Origin: Kudoa neothunni
Taxonomy: Eukaryota > Animalia > Cnidaria
Direction of reading: 5' to 3'
DNA length: 64,000 nt
Assembly: GCA_964304625.1 (NCBI GenBank)
Contig: OZ199839.1
Location: forward strand, 6,636,034 to 6,700,033
How positions within the stretch are numbered: the first letter of the stretch is position 1; the number at the start of each line of letters is the position of its first letter. Position numbers and translations under genes: made by a program. The notes under the pieces are model-generated. The model searched no databases. It was given only the letters and a program-made list of their open reading frames with translations, and was not told the DNA's origin. Shown one piece after another: positions 11,181 through 24,289 of this stretch.

Positions 11181-12359
11181 TATTTTGATTTTTAAGTAAA
11201 TAACGCTAATGTCCAGCTTTGCTTGGTATTGTGTCATGGAAAATTTTAATTTTTTGTTTTATTTCTGAATGGAGACATTCTACGATTAAGTTAATGTAAT
11301 TAGCACGTTAAAAATTGTGAATTTTATTTTTTTTATTTTAATTGATGCATTTTAAAGATGTCATTAATTTTTACAACGTAATGATTTAGAAAACCAAAAT
11401 TATGCGTGCACTTTCCATTCAATTATAAATAGAGGTATTGAGGGAAATTAATGTGTATTTTAAGTTTATTTTACAAATTATGACTAAAAATATAATGAAC
11501 TTAGTTTTATGAGCAATTTAATTAACGATTAAAGTTCATTTATTTACTAAACAAAATCATTAAATAACTTAAATAGGACTTTCAGTTCTTTTCAAAATCT
11601 TACGATAAAAATCAATCTTTCTAGTTATAAAATTTATTATTAGTCCTACAAACGATAAAAAAAATATAATCAACCTAAGGTGCGGCATCGATAAAAATAT
11701 TAATTGTTACCCCTTTTTTTCAATTTTATTAGGGATGTTAATGAGGTTTTATTAATCTGTGAGTGGTAATTTACTTGTTCACTATTCTAACATAATTTTT
11801 CGATTTATAAATAAATGCAACCTTTCTTTTTAACAAAAAATATCTATGGTTCAAAAATATGCCAATTTAATTATTAAAATACGATTAAATCTAAAATGTA
11901 ATGGTGTTTTTGGTTTGTAAATTACAGTAATGCTTAAATATCAACTGGTTTTCTCGAAGGAGTGCACCCTTTTAAAAATAAACGTACTGTTTGACTGCCA
12001 TAAATGAATTTCTTTGCGTTGAACTATTCTTAGATTAACGAAAACTTTGTGAAAATATCGGTTAGATCGAATAGAAACATAATTTCTTATCTACTTACAT
12101 GGTAGATAATGGGAGGGGACTGTATTTTGTAAAAAAGTAATCATGAATATAAATTCTTAAACTACGTATAGAATTGGGCGTCGCACACTTTCATGCAGAT
12201 TCTATATCACAATGAATTATTTTTAGCCAAAAGAAAATTATTTATTGATTTGAATATTAAACTCAAGTTCTGGGGGTAAGGAACAATTAGGTAAATAAGA
12301 ACTTAAACATTGTTTAAAAGATTTTCTCATCAAATATAGAAACTTATTGAATTAGTTAT

Positions 12360-12571
12360 TGTTAGTATCGCACGAGGATAGAAACCTGATATAATAAATA
12401 ACAGTGTAATTGAAATGGAAGTGATAGAGACCGTATTAGCAGAATAGGAGCTAACCCGGTCGTATTAGTTAGAATAACGATAACTAATTAATGATGATGG
12501 AAATCAACACGCCAGCTGTTTGAGTGTGATAATGTAGGTCCATAATAACAGTGTCCTTTGAGATCATAACA
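12360..12571. mobile_element. Solo LTR, 212 bp
   Basis: Begins TGTTA and ends TAACA, flanked by a perfect 5-bp target-site duplication GTTAT (12355-12359 and 12572-12576); contains AATAAA. Confidence 0.75.
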
Positions 12572-13620
12572 GTTATGCCAGCTGTTCTGCAAGTGAATTT
12601 AGGAAAACCAAAATACGTGTTTAAAATTTATCGAAAAGACGAATATAGTTTCAATCTACATCGATATATTGGATAAAAAGAAGTTTTCATATCTCAGGAA
12701 TTTCAATAAAGCATAATTTTCATCTAAGATGTTATCACAAAAAATTTAATTATTCGAAAACTCTACACACATCTTATATCGTTTTTAGAATGATTATATA
12801 ACTACCAAATTATTCCTTGATGGCAACAACTTCAATCTCAAATTATGTGTTTTTTTTTTAAATGATCATAATATTTGTCGCTTAACTATATAAATAACGA
12901 TTGAAAAGTGAAAATGCAATCTAAATAATTTGGTTATGCTGATTATGCTGAAAATTTTAAGGGAAATGCAAAAACTCTTGTAAATGTAACGTTAATAGTT
13001 TTATTTGTCTTACAGTTACTCCAAACGGCATACTTAACATTTATAAAACATTCTATATAAAAATTAACGGTTTTACCTAATATATCGCGAGTAAAAGTTC
13101 ATTCTAATTGAGTATCACTCTGAAGTTAACAAACATCAATATTATTCAGGTACCTTTTAATCTGGTAATTGACGTGAACAACCAGATAATTCCTTACTTC
13201 TAATAACGATATTGATTATATTTCTATTTCTAAGTAAACGAACGATTTTTCTTAATGGCATCATCTGTTCAAATGCAAACTAAAAGCTGTATTTAAAAAA
13301 AGTTTCTCCGTGCCACATGCGTACTGCTGCAAACACACACATCACACTGACGGACAAGAACTCTGTATATAGATACTAGCGCAAAATCCCCGCTCTGCGT
13401 TGGCTCCCTTGCGCGACCACGCAGATTAAAGTCTTAAGTAGACCAAGGTCATTTTAAGTTCAAAATCAATTATAATTATTGTATTATTCTCTTGACGGCA
13501 GCGCTATTCAATATAAACAGCATTAACCCGATCATCTTCACTTACTTCTTTATTGGACTTAATTTTCATTTAGAAATCATATGTTTTTACAGCTCGTGTT
13601 GCGTATTGATCGCTTTAACC

Positions 13621-13865
13621 CAGTGGTGGGCACAACGTTTGGTTCTGCGAGCCACATTGGCTCATTACAAAAGCTTAGAGGACCGCATTGTTGATTAAGT
13701 GTTTTCTGAGAACTTAATACCTATTGGTGGGTTTTCTAACATTTTTGCTACAATAAAAAAGTTAATGTATAAATTAATTTAGAAAGGAACTAAATAATTT
13801 AAAAAAATGGAAATTTGGTGATCGGCATGCTATTGCAAGTTTCGATCGGAATAATAGATTTTATC
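13621..13865 (+). mobile_element. hAT (Buster/Charlie-like) left end; second copy at ~52626-52872
   Basis: CAGTGGTGGGCACAAC...GCG(A/G)GCCAC terminus, with about 250 nt shared between the two sites. Confidence 0.7.
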
Positions 13866-14836
13866 GCTTTTCAAATATGTTAATAAATCAGATCTTTTTA
13901 AGCTCAGCGAATGTAATGGAAAATATGGATATGGTTCTTATTGCGTCTAACCTAATTTATGTATGAGTGTCGCATGCTCATATGTTTTTCTGCTATTTAG
14001 TTATTTTTAGATCCTTTTTGTTGTGAATTAAATCTCGTGTACCATCTTTCTCTGAAGTTTATGACATGTGATTTTTTTCTAAGGGCGTATTAGATCTTAC
14101 CACATTTACATATGACAATAATAGGTACGATGCAAGCATAGGTAAAACATCAAATCAGATAATAAACTCGCGTAAAATATACAAACAATAAAATATTCTA
14201 TGAGAAATATATTCATTATATAATAATCTCATTTTCACTCTTATAAAATCAGAAAACAAGTTTAAAATCACAATTATTTTATCTTAAAACAATTATATCA
14301 ACTTTATAATACAGTTACATGGTGCAAATATTATTGCTTGTTTTCCCAATTTTTAATTGAGAAAAGAAGATAAAAATGACGGAAAAAGGAACTCATTAGA
14401 ATATTATTAGCATGCGCCCTAACCCTCTTAATAATTTCAACGTTCTTCCAAATTTCTTATAAAAATTCCACTACTTATAATCGATGGTAGTCAAAAAAAT
14501 ACAGATATAAATTCTTCAAGAAAATTACAACTGATTGATGCATAATTGGCAAATTTAGAGGTAAAATGTCAGCTAATCTATTTTCTTTTGAAAATTTATT
14601 TTATCATAGTTCATCTATTGCTATATGTATTTATGAAATTAGAATTTGGATAAAAGCATTATTTTACGAGATATTCCAATCTGTTGCAATAGCCAGTGCG
14701 TTAATAAATATACATAAATGTCAGTAAATCAATCAGATTAGTAAACTATGAATTAATTGAGTACTGAATATGCTTTGGCGAAGACAATTCGTGCTTAATA
14801 TCGCTTATAAATTATATTTTCACGACATTGAGAACT

Positions 14837-16228
14837 ATGTTGGTGTTTTCGTTATTTTATTTTTGCTTAACAATTATAACAGCTGGTGACCGATTTAATT
14901 CATTATTTAAATTTATCTATTTTGTAAAGAGAGAGCTTTATCTTCGTATGACAAAGATGTAGGTCAGCCACCAGCTTGGTTGGCGGATCAAACCGCAAAA
15001 ACAAATGCTGCTGTCGAGAGATGGTATATCGACAAAACTGATGCTACTTGCAAACCTTTTACCTACCTTGGATCCCTCGGAAATTTCAATAACTTTGTCT
15101 CTAGATCTGCTTGCAATGAGCATTGTAAATTCAGTTATTACTCAATCAATATTAAATGCGGAATAGTAAAATTTAAGCCAGAAGAAAAAGTTGCTGCTTG
15201 TAGATTAACTAAAAATGATGGAGCTTGTAGTCTAGAGGGAGATAAAATGCTAACAAGATGGTATTTCAGTTCAGATACCGTTGATGGCAAAGCAAACTCA
15301 TGCCACAGTTTCAAATACAACGGATGTGGTGGAAATGCAAACAACTTTGACACAGAATTGGAATGCAAACAAGTTTGCCAAAGTAATCGCATCATAAAAT
15401 AAATCATGCTTAGATAATCAAATAATTATAACACAACATTTCAAAAACATTTTTATTAGACAAAGATAACGGACCAATGACAGGAGCCTTTGATGAAAAA
15501 ACCATGACTGCTACCCCGAATAAATTTGATTGCACCTTTGTACCTGAAGTTAAAACTGCAACACCAATGATGGGAATTGTCCCTCATAAAGACGGAAATA
15601 AATGCGTTTATGCTGCTGTTGAAAATGGTGCCAAGAGAGGATTTTTCCTTGAATTACCAACTTGTGTCAAGACTTGCATAAGTATAATTTTAAAAAATTA
15701 TTAAATATTTTATTTTTTCAAACAGAAAATAAAGTTGCAGCGTGCAAAGCTGACGGTCCACATCAAGTAGAAATCACCACTGGTATCACACAAACATCAG
15801 ACGTAACTACATATTACTATTTCAATAAAACCTCAGCATTATGCTTACCTTACATGTCAAAAGCACCAACTGATGCTAGTTCTATCATTGGACGTCGGGG
15901 CATTGAACATATTTAGCTCTGTTGAGCTGTGTGCAAGTTTCTGTCCTGCAAGTATGATAGTAATTTCGAATAAGTTGTAATAATGTTAATGTAGCTAGTC
16001 ATATTGGTCAGTTAACTGCTGTTGAAGCCTGTTTGCTACCAAAAGTTGGAGAGTCCATCTGATGCTGATAAATACAAAATTCAAAGATTTTATTATGACA
16101 AGGATGAAAAAACTGCAACTCAACGATGCAAAGAATTTTCTTTCAATGGAAAAGACATGAACCTGAATAATTTCAAAACTAACGAAGATTGCAAAGCTAT
16201 TTGCGAAACTCCATTGAATCCATCATAG
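14837..16228 (+). CDS. Secreted five-Kunitz-like-domain protein, paralog 2 (two +1 frameshifts, ~15890 and ~16056)
   Basis: Same 6-exon structure. Signal peptide [16 protein letters not shown]. Domain 2 is [24 protein letters not shown]...[26 protein letters not shown]. Single extra G ('attggac') and extra C ('gagtccatct') versus the paralogs. Confidence 0.8.
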
Positions 16229-17107
16229 TCACGGAAACATCTTCAATATAACTTTAAAGCCTATAATTTAAATTCACTCAACTTGAAAGTTATTTTTATA
16301 AATTCATGGTAAAATTCGACGATGTTGTATCTACAGCGTATTAAAAATAACAATATTTATTTTATTTTTCATTGCTAAAAAATATTTTGTTTCCATTTAT
16401 AAAATACTAATGAAAAAGCCCCGCTTCGAGTGAGCTTCCTTGCCTGGCCACGCAACTAAATCCTTGAATAGGCCAAGGTCATTTGAAGTTCAAATAAATT
16501 TAGAGTATTTTAGATAGATAGTAACAAAGATTACCCAATCAATGGATGATTTATTTAATTAATTGGATGCATGAACTTTGTTTAATATTTTTAAAAACGA
16601 ATAAACACTACTGAGCGTTTAAAATTTCCCATTTAGAGCTTCTAAAATATCGATTTTCTCCTTGGTGATTACGGTAATCTCTAAATCATACAATATGAAT
16701 AAAGACTAATCTTGTTAAAACATCAACAAATGAATTTCATATGAATTCTTGGCTACATAACCTAAATATTACCTTCCTTATTTGAACTAATTCAATTACT
16801 AAATTACTTTTCAATAATTTCAAAGTAAAATAAACCCTATTATGCAAATAAAATTAACTTTTAAAACTATAACGAAATGACCTATATGTTTGCATAAATC
16901 CTCTAATCATATCAATCATACCACGTGAGAATGTTTTTAGTTATTTTGCAGGATGCAAACCTTTTATAATATTTTACGTATTTTTCTGTGTTAAAATAAA
17001 ATTTCATCTTTCTATATGTGTGCTCAAATGGAGCGATATGTCTCTCTATAAAGAATGAAAAATGCTTACATACATACATGCACACACACGGACACTTCAG
17101 CTTTATA

Positions 17108-17570
17108 TATACTAACGGGAACTGCCCAGCGATGCTTATGGAAGATTTCAAATTGATACGCTTCTTAACAACATTCACTAAATACATTCTAGTCGTGAAT
17201 TAACATATACAAGAAACATAACTAAAAAATTTGAAGCGTCATACATTAACGATTTGGATTGACGAAATTTAAATTATGATCATTTATGTGAGGGAACGTA
17301 TCAATTCCGGCATTCATTTAATATTTTCATGACCCGGCACCAACGTTAAATAATTTAAAGTTCGCGTCATTTTTTTCAACATTCCCGAATTTTTCAAATT
17401 ACTTTAAAGTGTTATCTAAAATGTTATTTTTTGGCCTGTAGATTTTTCAACGCCGATTCTGGCCCGACTCGGAAAGTATTTATCATGTTTTTCTTGGGAG
17501 GTAAAAAAGATATAGAAATAGAAGAAGATTTACGATAATTGATTTTTAATGCTCAAATTATATCCCTTGT
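17108..17570 (-). mobile_element. Non-autonomous Helitron-like repeat; inverted copy at ~62300-62756
   Basis: About 450 nt of inverted similarity. The 62.7-kb copy ends ...GCGACGCTAGGCAGTTCGCGCTAGT, a hairpin plus CTAG-T. Confidence 0.65.
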
Positions 17571-18251
17571 CCCGACATTAACATTAATGCACTATTTCAT
17601 ACAAACAGTTTCATTTCGAGTCAATATCAACATAAATAATTCAAATAATAAGATGTAATAAAAGTACAAATATCTGAATTGAATTTAGTCACAGATAGTT
17701 CAACTTAGCGGACGATTTCAATGCAACCTAAGGACGCAGTATTTCCATTATAACGCTTAAACAATGTAATTTTAACGTTCTCCACAAACTCGTTATTCAC
17801 GAAACATATATAGATTCTTTATCAAATCTAAAACCATGAATAGAACCTTCAAAATGTGTTTATCAAGTCAAATACGTTATAACTCCACAAATAAGGAGTT
17901 TATTTACGCAAACATCCGCGTAGAAACGCCAATCTTATACATAAAGATAGATAGCAGCTGTCAATCAACATTCGATATAACATATAAAGGGGAAAATTAA
18001 CTTCAACCGACCATCAATAGCTCATAAGCAGGTGTTAATCCTATTGTTGAACTCAAGTAAACCGATAAATAAACATTGAGTCGATGAAATCACTATTTTC
18101 AAAACATTTTTGGGGGTATTTGATAATTTGAAAACGATTTAAAGATTTTTAGGAACATTGTGATATTTAAAAAATTTCCAAAATGTCTCTATAAAGATAA
18201 AATTTTGACGCACATTTGTACTCAATGACACACACGGACACTTCAGCTTTA

Positions 18252-19292
18252 CAGTGTTACAAGTTCAAGATGCATTCACATCCGATCATAAAGCAAATCT
18301 TATAGATTCAGCCGATATAATAATTAATTAAACAATGAAAAAAAGAAAATATAAAAAACGAATATGACTTCACTAGATTTAATTCTAAATTTATCAGAAG
18401 TTCGATATTATTAATTAATTAACTATATAACTTTAAGGAAAAAGTCTCAACTAGAAAAATTGTGATGTGTGTTGGAGTTCATCCAACTACTGTCACAAGA
18501 ATTCTTAAATTGAAGGATTTCATTATTGACTAAAAAAAATTTCCATAGCTCCTGTTGGTAAATATCTACCCGAGAATATAAAGAAAAGAAAAGAGTAAAT
18601 TATATATAATAAATTAAAATGAAATCTAAATTAGTAATGTAATAAATTATCTTCAACAAAAGCCAAACTATTCTCTTGTTCTCTATATTGACGAAGAAGG
18701 ATTCTCTTTATCAATGAGACGCTTTTTTGAGAAGTTCCTTATTGGATCTAGAGCCAATTTAACTGTGAGAACCGTCCGCTCCAAAAATATTACACTGATA
18801 GCTGCAATGAGCTCCCAGAAAGTGTGGTCAAAAAAAGTACACGAGGGTTCAGTAAATTAAAATATATTTTCCGAATATTTAATCAAACTTTTTATGGAGC
18901 TACAATTGGACGATATATTAATTGCATTGCTCATAATGGACAATGTAAGGTTCCACAAACCTGACTACATCATGGATCTTGTGACAAAAATATATCACTC
19001 GATTCTGTTTCTACCACCATATTCCTCGTTCCTCAACCCGATCGAGGGACTTTTCAACCAACTAAAAATAATAGTGAGACATAAGAATCCAGCAACCAAA
19101 ACTGAACTCATAGAGGCGATAAAATTTAATCAAAATGATGTGACGTTTACACAATGTCAAAACTATCGTAATCATGAGGTGAGTTATTCCCCACGATGCT
19201 CAAACACGAAATTATTGAAAATTGATTTATTGTTTTGATATTTAATAATTACCTATTTTTTTCAAATAATGCATCTTGAACTTGAAACACTA
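18252..19292 (+). mobile_element. Tc1/IS630 DD34E transposon, decayed
   Basis: TIRs CAGTGTTACAAGTTCAAGATGCATT / AATGCATCTTGAACTTGAAACACT at a TA site. Catalytic motifs IDEEGF, MDNVRFH and LPPYSSFLNPIE, with 34 residues between D and E. Confidence 0.85.
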
Positions 19293-19586
19293 TGTATATA
19301 TAGTAGATAGTAAATAGATAAAACCGCATGCCATTAAACTTATTATCGTAATTTATTTGAACCAGATTTATTTTTTATTCTTTTGTCAACAACTTGATAA
19401 AAAAATATATTACTTTAATAACTGGTGAAAATTCAACAGAATATGTTTTCATGAACTGAACCACCCTACGTTTATTTTTATTCAGAATAATCGTTTTCCG
19501 ATCTATGTATTATTATAGATCAATTCATTTGTACCGATTTATATTCGTTTAAATACTCGTTAGATAGTAATTATTTTTATTTCATA

Positions 19587-21197
19587 ATGAATTTACTACA
19601 TTGGACAACTTATGCTTTGTTTTTAACCGCCTGCTCTCTTGGTAATCATTTAGCGTTGAAAAGAGTCATATATGTTTCATAGAAAAAGATTTGGATTCAT
19701 ATGTTGATCTAAATGTTAAAAATACAGCTTTGAAAGATGATTTCAAGGTGAAAAGATATAGAATCATCCATGCTACTGGAATATGCGAAGAATTTGATTA
19801 CAAAGGAAAAGGAATGAACTTCAATAATTTTAAATCATTAGAAGAATGTGAAAATCATAGTAACATTAATATTAGTCGTTCTTTTATAACTTCATTAAGA
19901 AAAAAAGACAAAAGATGATGTATTTAAGGCAGTTAAAGCAGTTAAAGTTGATACAAATCCAAATTCTGAACCTACAATATCGTGCACAGGAGTAGCCGTA
20001 AACAAATACTACCTCAAAAAAACTATAACCGATGGCGTAACCTCTTATTCTTGTACAAATTTCGAGTATAAGGGTTGTGGAGGTGGACAGAATTTCTTCA
20101 ACTCCCAGTCAGAGTGTCAACAAGCAAAAGCCGGTACCTTATTGAATTACTTTGAATTTTAGTAAATTCATTAATAGCCGTTGTTGGAGGTGAAAAAAAA
20201 CCGTTTTCATTGCGGCATTCACCCAGCGTTAGAAGTTAATTCATATAAAATGATTATGGTCGTTGCTGATATGTCAGCACATAAATGTGTACATGCCGTG
20301 GTAAATGAGGGTGAAACAATGGGAGTATTTGATTCAGTGCAACAATGTAACCAAATATGTTTAAGTAATTTGTGAAATTAATATTAGGAAAATAATTGGT
20401 AATGATTAAGGTTCTCCCACCGACATGAACCCTAAATGTAACTCAAGGATTTCCCAAATGAAATGTGATAGGAAGATTGTCCAAAGATATTTTTACAAAA
20501 AATCATCCAAGGTCTGTGAGATTTATGAAACAGAAGATTGCAAGCATCCAGACAATGCAAATACCTTTGAAACATTAGACGACTGTGTTGGTTCATGTCC
20601 TACCCACACAGGTACTCCTCCATAGTTAATCCTCCTCATTAATAAATAATTTTTAGGTTTAACTTCGGATGAGGAAGATGGTATTACGTACAAAAAAGCT
20701 AATGACATTTGCAGACTGGGCAGAAGTGAAGGTGTTGGGCATTTATTTTTAGCCAGATATTATTTCGATCGTCATACAAAAACGTGTATGCCATTCATAT
20801 ACAGAGGAATTGGAGGAAATGACAATAGATTCAGAACCAGGGATGAATGCATGGGAGTGTGTTCTGGTAAGAGTTCTGAAATCTCGAAACCTCCATCGTA
20901 TATAACCATATCTATTTTCAATATAACGTTATTAATAGTGTGAGAGATCCACCAGTTGAGGACTCTATCGATTCCATCACTACAGCTGCTACTGAAACTA
21001 CCACCACCACCGATGTTTCCTCAACTGAAGCCTTCGCGTCTGTAACCACCACCCCCAATGAAACATTAGCTACTGAATCTGATGAAGCTACGAGCGAAGA
21101 TAACCAAGGTGATAAAAATATAAACGAAAGTGCTCCAAATAATGGATTTTTAGACCCAAATACCCAAGAGGAGCCATCTCATGGAGTCCCAGCATAA
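19587..21197 (+). CDS. Divergent secreted five-Kunitz-like-domain protein with C-terminal Ser/Thr/acidic mucin-like tail (7 exons)
   Basis: ATG 19587 with signal-like MNLLHWTTYALFLTACSL. Five phase-1 introns (~40-46 nt) separate the domains, and a 41-nt phase-2 intron (20898-20938) joins the tail VRDPPVEDSIDSITTAATETTTTT... Domain 4 has all six Kunitz Cys; domain 5 reads RYYFDRHTKTCMPFIYRGIGGNDNRF. One +1 in the A-run at ~20193-20200. Confidence 0.8.
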
Positions 21198-22284
21198 AAC
21201 TTTTAGCAAAGTATCGATAATAATGGTTAGGACACATCTTATAGTTGATGAATGTGACATATGACTTACTTTCGTATTTCATTGGATACTTTATAGTCGA
21301 ACTTATATTTGTTGACTAAATTTTGTTCCTATAATTTCGAATGTTCATTGTATGATAAAAGAGGAAAGTGGCTATATCTCAGGGAATGAATATCTATAAA
21401 ACTAATGCATATTTTTCATATTATCTAATATTTACATAATTTTCTGTATGTTTTGAAAAATTTTAATAATAAGAAATTTTCAGTAGTGCAACCATCATGA
21501 GTCCATCAATAATTTAATGTAATCACCATATAATTTTAAGTATTTCGATAAAAAAAGCAGTATTCTCTTTTGAACTAGTCTATATAAATAATCAATTTTT
21601 AGTCTAAAAGTTATTTTAGCTTCCGTTGTATTCTTTAAGGTTGGAATGGTAAAGATGAGTTTTAACATGTTTATATATGGAATATGTTTTGTTTCCTTCG
21701 TTGATCTTTATATTGTCATAATATGTGGATAATCAAAATTTCGATTATCACAAACATTACCCTCCTTTTATAAAAAATTGTGTATTCATCGATGAATGAA
21801 GTCATATGAATAGCGGTTTTTAAACGTGGGTCGTCCTATAATAGAAAATAATAAATTAATTCTTACAACCATTATGACAAGAAAAAACAAATTGAAATAG
21901 AAACAGTTGGGTTCAAGGATCTTTCCCACACTTTCACGTTCCATCTTCCCACAAGTAATCCTTTTCTACTCATCATTCCAAACAACAAAATCCTTGTATT
22001 CGATTTCACATTCATCCTACCATTCCTACTAACGACTACTTTCCCTTACTTTATCCTAAACCCATTTTTCGACTAAATGATAAAAGAAATTACACTGACA
22101 ACCTTATCCATACTTTCCATTCTTGCCATCGGAAACGATCCTATCTCCTCTCTGCAACAATTCCCACAACGCGGCTGCGGCGTTAAAAATGAGCCGCTCT
22201 TATATAAACACACCAGTTTACTTAATTCTTTAACCTATCTATTTTTCTGCCTTAGTTCCTATTTGTATTTTTTGCGCTGATACC

Positions 22285-23864
22285 TCAACGGCGAACTCTC
22301 GCCGGAATTAATCCGCTGGGCCCGTCGCGTCGATTTTAAATGGAGCAGTTGCTTCTGATACAAAAAGACACTGATACAATAACAAAACAATAGAGATAAT
22401 ACAATAATATTTTTATCAATATTCTAAACGCCCATTATATATACATATATACGTGCGATAGTTTCGACTTAAAATATGTCATAATAAAGATGATAATTTT
22501 GACATATTGATTGGATTTGCTCATATCTTTTATAGTTTTTTTCCATATGTTTTGGAGCTTGGGTGTGATAATTGATAACTTATTTCTTGTTCGGTGATGC
22601 TTTGTTGTTCCTTTAACATTTTTATAAATGGTAAAATTCCGGAATGATGTTGGGAAAATTTAGAGGTAAAATGTCTGTTAAATATTTAGGCGGAATTTGA
22701 GATCAGTTTAACGTTTTGAAATATTCTATTATATGTATTTCAAGATTCTATTGGGAATTTTGTATTTCAAATAAAGTTTTTTTCAAAATAACTCATGAAT
22801 GTTGGCATATTTACATATTCCATTTTGTTTGATTTTTCTTTTAGTTTTATATATTCATCTTCGACGTGATGGGTGGGAACAAATACAAGTGAAGTTATAC
22901 TTTTAATAAAATATTTAAAATCATCGTTTTTTTCATATTCATCAGAAAAGCCGAGTTTTTGAATTTTTCTATATACACATTGTCCCAAATGAAAAAGACA
23001 GAAATAAACATTATATATTGTTGCTTTTTAAAAAGCATTGTATGCTCCAATTTTAAAATCGATTGTAACATAGTTTGGTAGTTCCATCTTACCTTTTTCT
23101 TTGATTATTTGAATTATTTTGTCGTATGTTTGTTGTGTTTTGTTGGACGCGAGGGAAAATTTTGTTGAAAGCTGAGCCATGAATGAAATAAAGTTGGTAA
23201 AAATTGTTTGGTGCCACTCTGAATATTCCATAGGCTATCCAATAATTTGATGATTTTAAATGGATTAAATTTTTTTCTGTTGAAAATATTATTATTCGAT
23301 TTTTATCTGTAGATCCGGAATCGTAGAGACAAAATGGTTCGTTTCGCAACGTTAACAATGATTTATAATTTCCAGGAACTGGAGAGGTATCGATGTTTTC
23401 TCTTTTTCTCTTTTTCTCGTGTTTTGAATATTTTTATATAATGTTTCTTTGATATAATTGGTGAATTGTTAATATTTTCGTCAACTGAAACTAGACTATA
23501 AACTTTTGATGTTGGGTAAACGGATGTTTTGGCTATATTTGTGATTTTATCGTATAATAGTTGTTTTTATATATCCTCATCGTTAATAATATGGTTGTGG
23601 AAGTGTAATTCATCGATACTGTTTAATTATTGAGGGGATAAGATCCTATCTTCCTTGGCATTTTCGAATTTGACGCCGCCAATATTGAAATTTCTCATTG
23701 TTGTAATCTTTTAAGTAGAAATAACCTTTGTATAAAAGCATGCCATTGTTTCTTTTAGATTTAAGTATCTTAAATTCTGGAACAGAATCTTCCGCCATAT
23801 TTATTATGTTGTCTCTCGCGGTTGTGCGAGCAACAAATTAATTCCGCCGAAAATTCGCCATACC
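22285..23864 (-). mobile_element. MULE (Mutator-like) transposon, decayed
   Basis: Fragments RIIIFST..NL.HL..S..W.A.G.FRVAP..FYQLY.IHG and C.FHLGQCVYRKIQKLG; terminus GGTATGGCGAATTTTCGGCGG. Confidence 0.85.
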
Positions 23865-24289
23865 ATTTTAATTAGAGAGAATATTATTGTTTCATATTTT
23901 TTATTTTTGCAGCAAAAGAAATAGTCGTTAACATCGATCCTTTAGGTCTTCCTATTGTTTTAATTTTCGTTGAGAGTGATAACACTAAATAAGGTTTGTT
24001 GACATGGAACTAAATCAAAATACTTTCTATCCCATTTTATCTTTTCTTTGCCAATATGCATGTGTGGAACTAAATTAAAGAGATTCTCAACAGGAACATT
24101 ATTCGTTGGCCCATTCGACGAGTTATTTAAGATTTGGTTAGAATTATGTAACATAGTTGTTTTGATAAGTAATCCTAAATTTTTCCAAATAAATTAAATA
24201 CTTTACTTACTATAATACCTGATTTTTCAACATCAACTGAAGACACTGAAGCTTCGTTCATCATTATTTTAAGAAAGTTTAAAGGGTTC

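Noticed and set aside
21900-22280. Pyrimidine-rich segment with a 67-aa signal-peptide-like ORF
   Set aside because: It could be a retroelement relic, but no diagnostic motif or second copy is visible.
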